Shown here piece by piece: positions 45,908 to 55,655 of a stretch of 64,000 nucleotides of DNA; position 1 is the stretch's first letter; each line of letters opens with the position of its first letter. A program made the translations under genes and the position numbers. This stretch comes from a virus (Duplodnaviria; Heunggongvirae; Uroviricota; Caudoviricetes), in IMG/VR virus record IMGVR_UViG_3300028887_000001, positions 156,088-220,087 of that record; one strand, given 5' to 3'. The notes beneath the pieces were generated by a model. It was given only the letters and a program-made list of their open reading frames with translations. It had not been told where the DNA came from and ran no database searches.

Positions 45908-46774
45908 TTAATAAAATCTTGCGTTAATTTCACTAATCATTGATTTCGAGCCCAATAATGAAGATAGTCTTTCAAACCAATGATTGCTAATATAATACTT
46001 GTTCTCAAGACATTCACATAACATTCCAATATTTTTTACTTCTCGCAAATTTCCACATTTTTCCATTTGTATTTTTTTGTTAAATCTTGGCTCTAAATAC
46101 CACTTTAAGCAGATTGGATTAAAATCTATGTAATCAATATCACCACGAATAACCTTTGTCCACAAATCATAAAAGAAACCAGATTTCTTATTTGGACAAC
46201 TTGCAATTGTTATGTTTTTGCCAAATTTTAATATTTCTTTGACAATTTGTATTATTTCAAGTCCTCCCGTTTTATCACCCATGTCAAGAAATGCAGCATT
46301 GTCAATATAAATGTCATCACAATTAAAACCAATAGAAGATAAGGCATCAATATTTGAGAATACTATGTTTGTCTCCTTGTTACCATGAAAAATGTTTGTC
46401 TCTTTACTTTTAACATTATTAAATCCTATTATTTCATGACAATGATTTAATATATTCATTAACGTATTTTTGGCATTAGACGCTGCACTTATCGAGTTTG
46501 TAATAAACAACACACGATTAAAATTTTTTGTGCCATGTGTTATATCATATGCAATCTTAACCAGCATCAGTGTCGTTGTTCCCGCTTGTCTATACGATTT
46601 AATTACATTAAACTTATTATCCTTCAGGTTATTTAGCAAATCTATTTGTTGTTTACTTAAGGACGTAAAACACCCGCCATTTCCAACAACCAACGAATTG
46701 GCTACATCTTCACACCACTTGATATAATCAACACACAATTCATTCTTTCCTATTTCTACTAACATATCAAGCAA
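45908..46774 (-). CDS. P-loop-like ATPase candidate (deviant Walker A YRQAGTTT; Walker B DDIYIDNAAF), terminase-ATPase-like
   Basis: Motif resemblance only; at 288 aa it is too short for a full large terminase. Confidence 0.3.
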   Translation of the reverse strand: MLDMLVEIGKNELCVDYIKWCEDVANSLVVGNGGCFTSLSKQQIDLLNNLKDNKFNVIKSYRQAGTTTLMLVKIAYDITHGTKNFNRVLFITNSISAASNAKNTLMNILNHCHEIIGFNNVKSKETNIFHGNKETNIVFSNIDALSSIGFNCDDIYIDNAAFLDMGDKTGGLEIIQIVKEILKFGKNITIASCPNKKSGFFYDLWTKVIRGDIDYIDFNPICLKWYLEPRFNKKIQMEKCGNLREVKNIGMLCECLENKYYISNHWFERLSSLLGSKSMISEINARFY

Positions 46775-46961
46775 ATATTATTGCCATTATATAAGATATT
46801 GCACAACCAAGATAAAGTAATCCATATTTTCCCATTTCAACCCTACCTTCTTGTAGTGTAGCAACCTTGGCGATATCATAACAAACCTTCAGGATGTATA
46901 ATATTGACATCACAAGGACGAATATCTTTAAAAACCCAATAAAACTTAAAAACAATTCCAT
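46767..46961 (-). CDS. small two-transmembrane membrane protein (64 aa), holin-like candidate
   Basis: LSFIGFLKIFVLVMSILYIL and YLGCAISYIMAIIFA. Confidence 0.3.
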   Translation of the reverse strand: MELFLSFIGFLKIFVLVMSILYILKVCYDIAKVATLQEGRVEMGKYGLLYLGCAISYIMAIIFA

Positions 46962-47001
46962 TTTTCTTCTTTTTTAAAATATAAATATTTTCTAATATAA
47001 A

Positions 47002-47754
47002 TCAACCAGCTTTTTTGCCTTGTGTAAGACTGTGATATACAGCATATATGCTTTTTATTTCCGGCAATGTTGAATATGGTAAATCTGGGTCAAAAATAAT
47101 TTTTCTATTTGCATCAACCAACTTTACCCTATCTTTATATCTCTTTCTTATATATGTTCCATAGGTCTCAAATTCAGAAAAGCAACTAAAAACACCTGGC
47201 TTGCATGCAGATATTATTGACTTAATCCAGTTGTTACCACAATGCACCTCAATTTCTTTTTTCATTTTCTTCAGAATTTCCTTATTGAAAACCATTTTGT
47301 CACTAATGAATGAGCATTCCATGATTTTGCTAAACTCATCACCAAGTATTTTTCTTATTGTGTCAAAATATGGCTTATGATACTCTTCTGTTGTATAGAA
47401 TATGTATTTATCACCATCAACAAACCTGTGTGGCTTCAATAACACGTGGTCTGAATCACAAACAAGGAAATCATCAGTCTCAACGAGTTTGTCAGACGAA
47501 AGTTTTATAAGCTGTTGATACACCCACCCCCTTCTTTCTCTGTCTACTTGAACAAGACAATGTCTAGAAAAACCAATAAGAGCCAATTCATCAACGAACT
47601 CACAACTCAAATCTTCACAAGCGTCTTTTATGGCAAAACTACCAACAATATATATCTTTCCAACACCATCTTCTACATTTTCCCTTATACATGGTATTGA
47701 TTTATATAACATCACCACATCACTATCAGAACAAGGTACAACTACATCTAACAT
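47002..47754 (-). CDS. putative GT-A-fold glycosyltransferase (DxD-like FLVCDSDHVLL)
   Basis: Start moved to MLDVVVPCSD at 47754; the ORF-track extension reads through the terminator at 47795..47830. Confidence 0.3.
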   Translation of the reverse strand: MLDVVVPCSDSDVVMLYKSIPCIRENVEDGVGKIYIVGSFAIKDACEDLSCEFVDELALIGFSRHCLVQVDRERRGWVYQQLIKLSSDKLVETDDFLVCDSDHVLLKPHRFVDGDKYIFYTTEEYHKPYFDTIRKILGDEFSKIMECSFISDKMVFNKEILKKMKKEIEVHCGNNWIKSIISACKPGVFSCFSEFETYGTYIRKRYKDRVKLVDANRKIIFDPDLPYSTLPEIKSIYAVYHSLTQGKKAG

Positions 47755-47794
47755 TTTTTTTTTAATTATATATAATATATAACAATTTTTTATT

Positions 47795-47830
47795 ATAAAA
47801 AAAGCGTGTGATGAAAATACACCACACGCA
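47795..47830 (-). terminator. rho-independent terminator
   Basis: gcgtgtg/cacacgc hairpin followed by T8 on the minus strand. Confidence 0.55.
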
Positions 47831-47863
47831 CACTTAACAAACAAAAAAATTATGAAAAACTAC

Positions 47864-48238
47864 TTATTCATCCTCACCTTTTATTAACTTGTCCAAATCT
47901 TCAAGAGAATAGGGACAATGGTCTGAGCATGTTTTTGATTCTTGACATCCGTTTGCAATAAGAAATGTAACAATCTTTTGCATCTTCTTCAACTCAGATG
48001 TGTTCTTTTCAATCAATTCGGTTTGTGCCTTTACTTCATCGGTTAGTTGTTGTATTTGAAGGTCTTTAACTCTCAACGCTTCTTCATAAGCCTTATCCTT
48101 TGCTGTTTGCAATTCCTGAAGCAAATCTATTTGTTTTTTAATCGCATCAAGGTCTCTGCCTTTCTTTCCAGCCCAGAATTGATAGATATTACCGGCCATT
48201 GAAATAAGAAATAATACTACCGCAGCTTGTAATGTCAT
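47864..48238 (-). CDS. N-terminal transmembrane plus coiled-coil protein (124 aa), spanin-like or holin-like candidate
   Basis: AAVVLFLISMAGNIY transmembrane segment, then a heptad-rich stretch IKKQIDLLQELQTAKDKAYEEALRVKDLQIQQL. Confidence 0.3.
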   Translation of the reverse strand: MTLQAAVVLFLISMAGNIYQFWAGKKGRDLDAIKKQIDLLQELQTAKDKAYEEALRVKDLQIQQLTDEVKAQTELIEKNTSELKKMQKIVTFLIANGCQESKTCSDHCPYSLEDLDKLIKGEDE

Positions 48239-48269
48239 CTTAATGTCCTCCCAAATTTAATTAATTAAA

Positions 48270-49082
48270 TTATTTCATGAGGGTACGGACACGACCAAGC
48301 ATGTCTTCAACGCCCTTATTTTCATTCATCCTAACAGAATTGGTTGTCTTGCTATTCTTTCCACTATAATTGAATAACTCCTTAATTCTGTCCATTTCTG
48401 CATTGACAACATTTTCATTCAGTTGTTTTTCAACACCAGGTTCACTATGCCATTCAACCAAATACTTATTGCCCTTGCAATCTTGCATATAAAACTTCTT
48501 ACCTTCAACCTTGTACTCATCTGGTACATGAGAAAGCATGTGATTCTCGGAAATAAACTGAACGTGCTTGAACTTCAAAAGACTCGTCTTCTTTGATTCA
48601 CCAACAACTGAATCATGACGTTCCTTATCAATTCCACCTGTCATTTTGCCTGAATTTGAAAGCTTGTTGGTTGCATCTTCAACCTCTTTTGCATGAGCAA
48701 CCAATTCTTTTGCTAATTTCGGGTTTCTACTTGCATTTCCCAAAGGCTCTTTTTCATGATTCTTCTTGTCTGAAGCATTGATAAATCCACCCATTTGTGC
48801 TTCAACATTTTCATCAAAACCTTCTGGTTTTGGGCTGTCATATTGCAAGTCAGACATACCCTTATTTGCTTCTGCATGAAGCGATTTTGTGGTATTTTTT
48901 CCACCTGGAGATTCAATACCCTTATTGTATTCTTCGGTCTCCTCCTTCATCTTTCGGTACGCTTCCTTATTTTGGGCTTTCTCAGTGTCCTCGACTCCAT
49001 CACCAAACTTTGGTTTGAACTCTGAAGCACTCTCACGAAGTTTCTCCCTCAAATCTCCGAACCTGTAACTTCTGGTTTCCAT
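48270..49082 (-). CDS. hypothetical protein (270 aa)
   Basis: ORF. Confidence 0.45.
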   Translation of the reverse strand: METRSYRFGDLREKLRESASEFKPKFGDGVEDTEKAQNKEAYRKMKEETEEYNKGIESPGGKNTTKSLHAEANKGMSDLQYDSPKPEGFDENVEAQMGGFINASDKKNHEKEPLGNASRNPKLAKELVAHAKEVEDATNKLSNSGKMTGGIDKERHDSVVGESKKTSLLKFKHVQFISENHMLSHVPDEYKVEGKKFYMQDCKGNKYLVEWHSEPGVEKQLNENVVNAEMDRIKELFNYSGKNSKTTNSVRMNENKGVEDMLGRVRTLMK

Positions 49083-49103
49083 ATTTTTATTAATAATTTA
49101 TTA

Positions 49104-49286
49104 TCAAACGTATGGGCTTTCCCACATATATAAACCTCTAAGCATCTGCTCGTATCGAAGCCGCGTCAATCTGCTTTTATCTATAACCTCTCTTGTGCAT
49201 AATGCCTGAATCTGTTCATCAATGTCGACAATGCCCTCAATGACCTTTGCTTTGTCATAAACCCCATTTTTATCCATGTAATCCAT
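49104..49286 (-). CDS. hypothetical small protein (60 aa)
   Basis: ORF. Confidence 0.3.
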   Translation of the reverse strand: MDYMDKNGVYDKAKVIEGIVDIDEQIQALCTREVIDKSRLTRLRYEQMLRGLYMWESPYV

Positions 49287-49421
49287 AGCTTTAGTATTTT
49301 AATAGTTTATTTTCAAAGATGCATAGACCTCATTTCTGAAAACCAATATGCAAAGTCATTTTCTAACATATAAATATCTAATTTTCCTAAAAATGTGTTA
49401 CTTTTATGCAAAAATTATTCA

Positions 49422-50006
49422 TTATTTGTTACTTATTGCAACTTTTCCCTTCGGCCTCGTCAAAGACGGGTCCTTTTTTTTCTTCTTGCGGCCAACGCCA
49501 ATACCCCTTCTTTGTATTCCAAACACCGGAACATCATAAGTGTAATTACCAGTGCTGTCAGTGGTTGTGGAACCTCCTGGTGCCGTAACATCACCGACAC
49601 AAGCTCCACCACCCATAACACCGCCGCAATCACATTCCTTTATAATTCTTTCACCATCATCGAAGAATGTTTTATAAAGTTTATCTACTTTTTCATCAAA
49701 ATTTTCACCAAAGAACTTATACGAGCGTGTATGCATACTTTGCTTCTTGCCATCGCCGCCAATTGGTTCAGTTATATTATCCTTTCTTGATATAAGGCCA
49801 AGGTCAACCATCTTTCCAAGCAATTCCTTTTCTGGTATGTCATTCTTTTGGAAAAAATCATTATATTTTGGCTTACAGGGGTTCTTTTTCAACTCCTCAA
49901 GATAAGTTCTTAAATTATCTTCGAAATCTTTGTAGAGAATTTCCTTATTTTCAAATTCTCTAATGATTTGCAATTGACTCTCTGTTATATATATGTTCTT
50001 TTTCAT
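49422..50006 (-). CDS. hypothetical protein (194 aa) of the ESQL-motif family
   Basis: N-terminus MKKNIYITESQLQIIREF. Confidence 0.45.
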   Translation of the reverse strand: MKKNIYITESQLQIIREFENKEILYKDFEDNLRTYLEELKKNPCKPKYNDFFQKNDIPEKELLGKMVDLGLISRKDNITEPIGGDGKKQSMHTRSYKFFGENFDEKVDKLYKTFFDDGERIIKECDCGGVMGGGACVGDVTAPGGSTTTDSTGNYTYDVPVFGIQRRGIGVGRKKKKKDPSLTRPKGKVAISNK

Positions 50007-50010
50007 GGTA

Positions 50011-50226
50011 TTAAAAAGTTGTTGATGCAGATTTCCAGAAACTATTCCTTTGCCAAAGAATTTTGAAGATTTCGTTCACAACGTCCGCTGCAAGTTCCTT
50101 AACCTTCTTTTTAAATTCCCTGGAGTTCATATTATCTCCAATTTTGGAGGCAATCATGGAAGAAATTTCAGATTTTGTGAGTTCCTCCGTGATAATTTCT
50201 CGTAAATCACTCTCTTTTATTATCAT
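50011..50226 (-). CDS. hypothetical small protein (71 aa), ESQL-like N-terminus
   Basis: MIIKESDLREIITEEL. Confidence 0.35.
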   Translation of the reverse strand: MIIKESDLREIITEELTKSEISSMIASKIGDNMNSREFKKKVKELAADVVNEIFKILWQRNSFWKSASTTF

Positions 50227-50747
50227 TTTGATTTATTTGCTTGTTTTTCTAATTTATCCAACAAATCACCATCTTCTGAAATTGACTGTTTCCAATTCAA
50301 GAATGCATCCCTTATCTTTTCTATCGTCTTAAGGTTGGAATCGCTCATTTGGAGACCTTGTGCCCAAATATAACAGCCATCACCGGACGGGTCTTTATAT
50401 CTGAACTGGAAAACTAAACCAACACCAGTTACCTCTCCATTTATCACAAGGTCATTTAAGCCTGGATAATATTTCAAGGCATCTGGTTTTAATGTGACAT
50501 CACCAATCGTTTTTCTTATGGCATCTTCTTGAGAAACTCTTACAGAACCAAATTGAACATCATTTTGCTTAATAACAATTTCATTATTATTACCATTATT
50601 CTGTTCATTTTCAACGATTATGCTGTGGGTGTCATATACATTTTTCTGCTCGACAACCATCTCATCAGTTGGTAATTCAACCTTGTTTAATTCATCCATT
50701 CTCTTACGAATTTCCGTAAGCATTTGTCTTGTGTATTTGTCCGACAT
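50223..50747 (-). CDS. hypothetical protein (174 aa)
   Basis: ORF. Confidence 0.45.
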   Translation of the reverse strand: MSDKYTRQMLTEIRKRMDELNKVELPTDEMVVEQKNVYDTHSIIVENEQNNGNNNEIVIKQNDVQFGSVRVSQEDAIRKTIGDVTLKPDALKYYPGLNDLVINGEVTGVGLVFQFRYKDPSGDGCYIWAQGLQMSDSNLKTIEKIRDAFLNWKQSISEDGDLLDKLEKQANKSK

Positions 50748-50764
50748 TTTTGTTTTATAGTGAT

Positions 50765-51151
50765 TTAATTATAACTAACGCCATTCCAAGTAAAATTAAA
50801 ACCACGGCCAAGCTTAATACCTCTATGCTTATGTGATTTCTTTACAACAACTGGCTCTGGTTTATTTTCCTCTTGTGGCTCTACTGGTGTTTCTTCTTCA
50901 ACAACCTCTTCGGCATCTTCTTCCTGTACTTCAGCAACAACAGGTTCTTCCTCTTCCACCTCAACAACCTCTTCAACAGGAAAATCCTCTTCTTGGGCCT
51001 CAAAAGTTTCCTCTACAGCCTCTTCAACGGATTCAGCTTCTGTTTCAAATGTCTCATTTTTTTCTTCTACAGTAACATCGTTCTCGACTACTGCTTCAAC
51101 TTCATTAACTAATTCGTCAACAACCTTAGTTGTTTTCTTGTTTCTTGTCAT
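50765..51151 (-). CDS. highly acidic Glu/Val-rich repeat protein (128 aa)
   Basis: VEEVVEVEEEEPVVAEVQEEDAEEVVEEE low-complexity region. Confidence 0.4.
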   Translation of the reverse strand: MTRNKKTTKVVDELVNEVEAVVENDVTVEEKNETFETEAESVEEAVEETFEAQEEDFPVEEVVEVEEEEPVVAEVQEEDAEEVVEEETPVEPQEENKPEPVVVKKSHKHRGIKLGRGFNFTWNGVSYN

Positions 51152-51199
51152 AAAAATCTAATTTATTTCATTATAATAATATATAATAAATATTACAAA

Positions 51200-51228
51200 T
51201 AACAAAAATGACCACAAAATGTGGCCAT
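51200..51228 (-). terminator. rho-independent terminator after the sigma factor gene
   Basis: tgaccaca/tgtggcca hairpin plus a T-run on the minus strand. Confidence 0.45.
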
Positions 51229-51259
51229 CATATATAAATTTAATAAACAAAAATGAAAA

Positions 51260-52021
51260 TCATTTAAACAGAAAATCCGCCTCTGAAATTGAGAAGACTT
51301 CTTCTCTCATGGTGTTTATTGCTTTGATTTTTATTTGCCTAACCCTTTCAGTACTAAGTTTTAGGTCAGAACTTATTTCTTCAAGACTGTGACCATCACC
51401 TCCATCATCAATCCCGAAATACTTCATAACAACAACCCTTTCCCTTTCACTCAGACTGGCCAATAATTTTTTTACAACAAAATTCTTTTGCTCATTCTCT
51501 TCCTTTATTTCACAAGAGTTTATCCTATCATCGGCAATGTCATTGCTTTCATAATAAAAATCACTATCATCATCGGTAACTGATACATTTTCAATTGTCT
51601 GGTTTTCTGCCGGAAATTCATCATCAAAATTCACCTCATTCTTTTCTTCATTCATCTTTTCGTCAATAGCAGCCATCATCCTTTGTCTTATCCACCAGGC
51701 TGCATATGTGTAAAATTTAACGTCCTGAGATAAATCAAACTTTTCAATGGCCCTAATAATTCCGGTATTACCTTCAGAAATCAAATCACCAATATCAACA
51801 CCACTTCCACGAAACTTCTTTGCTGTGTCAAAAACAAACCTTAAATTGGCTGTTATTATTTTGTTTCTGGCATCAATATCACCATCCTTTGCTTTAACAA
51901 GCAATTCCCTCTCAACATCTTTAGGTATTGGTGAGTACCTTTTCAATTCCTGATAATATGTTTTTACACTTTCGGTAAAATCATTGTTTCCAACACTTCT
52001 GTTTATGTCATTGTTAATCAT
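51260..52021 (-). CDS. sigma-70 family RNA polymerase sigma factor (regions 2 and 4)
   Basis: LRFVFDTAKKF, LISEGNTGIIRAIEKFD, KFYTYAAWWIRQRM (region 2), and C-terminal EISSDLKLSTERVRQIKIKAINTMR (region 4 HTH). Confidence 0.8.
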   Translation of the reverse strand: MINNDINRSVGNNDFTESVKTYYQELKRYSPIPKDVERELLVKAKDGDIDARNKIITANLRFVFDTAKKFRGSGVDIGDLISEGNTGIIRAIEKFDLSQDVKFYTYAAWWIRQRMMAAIDEKMNEEKNEVNFDDEFPAENQTIENVSVTDDDSDFYYESNDIADDRINSCEIKEENEQKNFVVKKLLASLSERERVVVMKYFGIDDGGDGHSLEEISSDLKLSTERVRQIKIKAINTMREEVFSISEADFLFK

Positions 52022-54471
52022 TTTTTAGTTGTTTTTGTACTCTTCTTATTAACTCTCTTTTTAGGCTGTTTTTCTATTACTTTTTCAACCTTTTTGCTTG
52101 TGTTTCTAATTTGTTGCAAACTTGAAACACCGTTTGTCTTTGTCACGGTAACAATATGTTCGTGCCAATCCCTAACATCTTCTATATGTGTTATGTTGAA
52201 AATGAAATCATAATCTTCCAATATCCTTTCATACAAAAGTCTCATGTTGTCATAATTGACATTTGCAACCCTTCCAAGAATCTCATCAAAAACAAGGAAA
52301 TTCATTCTTGATATTGTTGAAACTCTCGATAGTGCACTTCTAAGAGCCAAAGCAGAAGCCGTTCTTTCAAAACCACTACCAGAATCAAGTGTCTGAACAA
52401 GACCATTCCTAATCAAATTAAAGGTAACCTCATTCTTGGTGTTAATATCGACATTTACTGAGAAGTCACAAACATCATCAAGCAATTGTGATATTATCTC
52501 ATTAACAACTGGTAACATTTCCCTTAAAATCATCTTCGTTACACCATCCTTACCAACCATTTCAAGGTAAATCTTCCAATTCCTATTCAGGTTTTCGTCC
52601 TTATCGTAATCTTTCAATATCTTTTCCCTCTTTTCCTTCTCTTCTGTGTAAGTTTTAACATTAGCCTTATTGGTACTCAAAGAAATGAGATTTTTGTCTC
52701 TTATTTCGCGTTTTGTTTTCAGATTACCCTTAATAAGGTTAATTTCTATATCCAATTTGTTATTCTGGTCAATTGCTTCAGAATTCTCGTTGTATTTCTT
52801 CTTTTTATTGGTTAAATTCTCATAATTCTTTAATAAAAGTTCTATTTTGGAAGATAATGCTGATTGTGATGCATTTAAATTGTTCAATGTATCATAATTC
52901 TCCTTATTCTTCTTCATTGACTCAATCTTTTCTTTAAGTTTCTTAATCTTATCGGCAACACCCTTTCCCTTATTTGCCAATTCTTCCAACTCGATTTCCT
53001 TCTCTTTTATTTTCTTTGAATTGTCAACATCTTTCAGTTTTGCACCGCAAGTTGGGCAGAATTCACCCTTCTTTAATGCGTCAATAGTTGACCTTACCAG
53101 TTTATAATCAGCGCCAATATTCGCACGTTCTGTTTCTAGCTCGTTCTTTTCCTTCTCTGCTGCGTCATATTCCTCCTTTGAGAAATCAACTTCACCAATT
53201 TCGTCAATCTTCCTCTTATTTTCGTTAAATTCGGCCCTCTTTTTCTTTCCCTCTTCTTTTGTGTCTGTTATATTTTTTTCTAATGTAGTTATATCCAGAG
53301 ACATTATATCTTTATCAATTGTCTTCTTGCTTTCTGTTAATTTTGTCTGATTATCTTCCAGTTCCTTTATTTCTACGTCAAGCTTCTTGTTAGACTTTTC
53401 CAAATCAGAGTTTTCCTTCTCCTTGATTTTTAATTCTTCATTAAATGCAGCAATTTCGTCGTTTAAATCCTCCCTATTATATTTGTATATCGTAAGATTC
53501 TGTTTCAATTCTTTAAACCTGTCATTGGCAACTTTAAATTTCTCCTCCAATGGTAACAAACCAATCCACCTTGATAGAAGGACACCCCTATTCGTTGGTG
53601 TATCATCTATAAGTGCATCAAGATTCTTTCCGGTGATACACATCATAAGGTCAAAATCCTTCTCATTGCCAATTGCCTCACGAATAATCTTGTTGGTTTC
53701 TCTAACGTCTTGCCCATTTTCCTCAACATATTCGGAAAGTTCTTCAAGCGTATCACCAATCTTCCTATAAAACTCAGCCTTCTGTGTTGTTCTGCTCTTT
53801 GACGTTCTTTTTTCGAGTGCTGGCCTTGTCAGTGTCCTTTTTATGATATAATCACACCCATCAATGCTAATACAAGCCTCTGCACATAACTGCGTTTCTT
53901 CTGGAAGCGTGTTATTGAACAAATCCTCTAATCTTGAATACTTTCCTGATTTACCAAACAAAATAAAATGAAGAAGGTCTACAGCAAATGTTGTTTTTCC
54001 GCTTTGATTTGCTGGGTCACCATTCAAAAGAACCAAACCACGAAGGGTTGTAAAATCAAAACTGTTGTCACCACCATAGGATTCGAAATTAGACCACTTA
54101 ACCCACTTTATCGAGAACTTTCTATACTTATCAAAAACCTCATAATCAATCTTTGAATTGATTTCGTTATCAATGGACTCTATAATATCCATGTCATATT
54201 CACCCTTATGATATTGTTCAAGATATTTTTTAAACAATTCTTTGTGATTTTCCGGATTCTGTATTTCTGCAACAGTTTTTCTTGAAAAAACACAGTCTTC
54301 ATCATTATCGTCTGGTGTTATGAATTTATATATCACATCAACATCATCCTTTGATTTTCCATACTTCTTTGCCACAAGTGATTTTATCTCATTCACCTTC
54401 TCTTGTGTGTAATCATATGGTAAAACATTCCACTGTACCTTGATTTTTGCTTTTTCTCCAACTTTTATCAT
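52018..54471 (-). CDS. sbcC: SbcC/Rad50-family SMC-like ATPase
   Basis: N-terminal Walker A GDPANQSGKTT, long coiled coil, zinc hook CPTCG, and C-terminal signature/Walker B LVFDEILG. Confidence 0.8.
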   Translation of the reverse strand: MIKVGEKAKIKVQWNVLPYDYTQEKVNEIKSLVAKKYGKSKDDVDVIYKFITPDDNDEDCVFSRKTVAEIQNPENHKELFKKYLEQYHKGEYDMDIIESIDNEINSKIDYEVFDKYRKFSIKWVKWSNFESYGGDNSFDFTTLRGLVLLNGDPANQSGKTTFAVDLLHFILFGKSGKYSRLEDLFNNTLPEETQLCAEACISIDGCDYIIKRTLTRPALEKRTSKSRTTQKAEFYRKIGDTLEELSEYVEENGQDVRETNKIIREAIGNEKDFDLMMCITGKNLDALIDDTPTNRGVLLSRWIGLLPLEEKFKVANDRFKELKQNLTIYKYNREDLNDEIAAFNEELKIKEKENSDLEKSNKKLDVEIKELEDNQTKLTESKKTIDKDIMSLDITTLEKNITDTKEEGKKKRAEFNENKRKIDEIGEVDFSKEEYDAAEKEKNELETERANIGADYKLVRSTIDALKKGEFCPTCGAKLKDVDNSKKIKEKEIELEELANKGKGVADKIKKLKEKIESMKKNKENYDTLNNLNASQSALSSKIELLLKNYENLTNKKKKYNENSEAIDQNNKLDIEINLIKGNLKTKREIRDKNLISLSTNKANVKTYTEEKEKREKILKDYDKDENLNRNWKIYLEMVGKDGVTKMILREMLPVVNEIISQLLDDVCDFSVNVDINTKNEVTFNLIRNGLVQTLDSGSGFERTASALALRSALSRVSTISRMNFLVFDEILGRVANVNYDNMRLLYERILEDYDFIFNITHIEDVRDWHEHIVTVTKTNGVSSLQQIRNTSKKVEKVIEKQPKKRVNKKSTKTTKK

Positions 54472-54477
54472 AATTTT

Positions 54478-54750
54478 TTAGTCTGTATTTTTAACTGTTA
54501 TTTTTCTTTTCTTTCTCACAATCTTTGGTTCTTCCGTTTTCGTATCTCCACTTACTTCGGCGTCAGTTTCTTTCGGTTTTATTTCACCATTCTGGCGCTT
54601 TACGTTATCACCAGGAGATAACCCGTATCTTTCAATATTGAATCCGGTTAATAAACATTTGTATTTGAATTCATCAACATCAGATATTTCATTAAGAGAA
54701 CAATAATCCTCTATTGCTTCATTTAATTCTTTTTCCTTCGTTAATTTCAT
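54478..54750 (-). CDS. hypothetical small protein (90 aa)
   Basis: ORF with a promoter motif 19 nt upstream. Confidence 0.4.
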   Translation of the reverse strand: MKLTKEKELNEAIEDYCSLNEISDVDEFKYKCLLTGFNIERYGLSPGDNVKRQNGEIKPKETDAEVSGDTKTEEPKIVRKKRKITVKNTD

Positions 54751-54766
54751 ATCTAATTCTAAAAAT

Positions 54767-54790
54767 CATTGCAAAAATACTAAAATTATC
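54767..54790 (-). promoter_or_regulatory. conserved promoter motif
   Basis: Forward cattgcaaaaatactaaaattatc. Confidence 0.55.
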
Positions 54791-54863
54791 CGATATAATA
54801 AACAAAATATTGAATTATTTTAATTTTTTTATATATATTATTATAAATCTTAACAAAAGTATA

Positions 54864-55619
54864 ATGACACAAGAAGGACAAAATGTATGGATGGCACTAG
54901 ATGTTAGTACAGCATGCATAGGAATCACAATATTGGTTGATGATGGTAGTGAATATGGCAAAATAGCAGAAATGACACACATATCACCAAAAATACCATC
55001 AAAAATTAAGGGAATTGAAGCATTATTCTTAAAAAAACAACAATTCCAACAATTCATTAGGGGGTTCTCAAAATACCCAATAGACAAGGTTGTTATTGAA
55101 GAACCACTATTGTCATCAAATAACCAAAATACAGTGGCAACACTCCTTAGATTCAATGGAATGATAAGTGATTGTATCTATAATGAACTTAAAATTGTCC
55201 CAATCTACATTTCAAGCTACGAAGCAAGGGAATATTCATTCCCGGAACTAATGGCCATCAGGAAGTACGGGAAAGATGAAAACATATATAAAGCATCAAA
55301 GATTGTCTCCAATATAAAAAACAACAATTATACATTATTTGGTAGTTACCCATGGACTATTGACAAGAAAAGCCTCTTACACGAAAAAGTCAGCAATCTA
55401 TTCCCAGAAATACAGTGGGTTTATGATAAAAACGGAGAACTTAAAAAAGAAAACTTTGACGCGACAGACTCATATGTTGCGTGTCTTGGACAAATAAACA
55501 AAGAAAGACATGGAGAACTTGAGTTTAAATCAGATAATATTCAAGTCGAAGATAATAAGGTTGAATATGATGTCCTTTATTGGGATAGAAAAGAACATAG
55601 AATAACATACTTATCATAA
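54864..55619 (+). CDS. RuvC-like Holliday junction resolvase
   Basis: WMALDVSTACIGITIL (Asp), VVIEEPLL (Glu) and C-terminal DATDSYVACLGQI (Asp/Asp) align with RuvC catalytic positions. Start moved to the ATG at 54864. Confidence 0.55.
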   Translation: MTQEGQNVWMALDVSTACIGITILVDDGSEYGKIAEMTHISPKIPSKIKGIEALFLKKQQFQQFIRGFSKYPIDKVVIEEPLLSSNNQNTVATLLRFNGMISDCIYNELKIVPIYISSYEAREYSFPELMAIRKYGKDENIYKASKIVSNIKNNNYTLFGSYPWTIDKKSLLHEKVSNLFPEIQWVYDKNGELKKENFDATDSYVACLGQINKERHGELEFKSDNIQVEDNKVEYDVLYWDRKEHRITYLS

Positions 55620-55620
55620 A

Positions 55621-55655
55621 AAAATGAGGTTATTTTTTAACCTCATTTTTTTTTT
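55621..55655. terminator. bidirectional rho-independent terminator
   Basis: tgaggtta/taacctca hairpin plus T10. Confidence 0.6.

Noticed and set aside
45908-46774. Calling this ORF the large terminase
   Set aside because: Only a deviant Walker A (YRQAGTTT) and a Walker-B-like DDIYIDNAAF are present. The protein is 288 aa with no nuclease domain, so it is kept as a low-confidence ATPase-like call.
49380-49421. Possible extra promoter copy (AATAATTTTTGCAT) upstream of 49104..49286
   Set aside because: It matches only part of the motif and lies about 110 nt from the nearest start codon.
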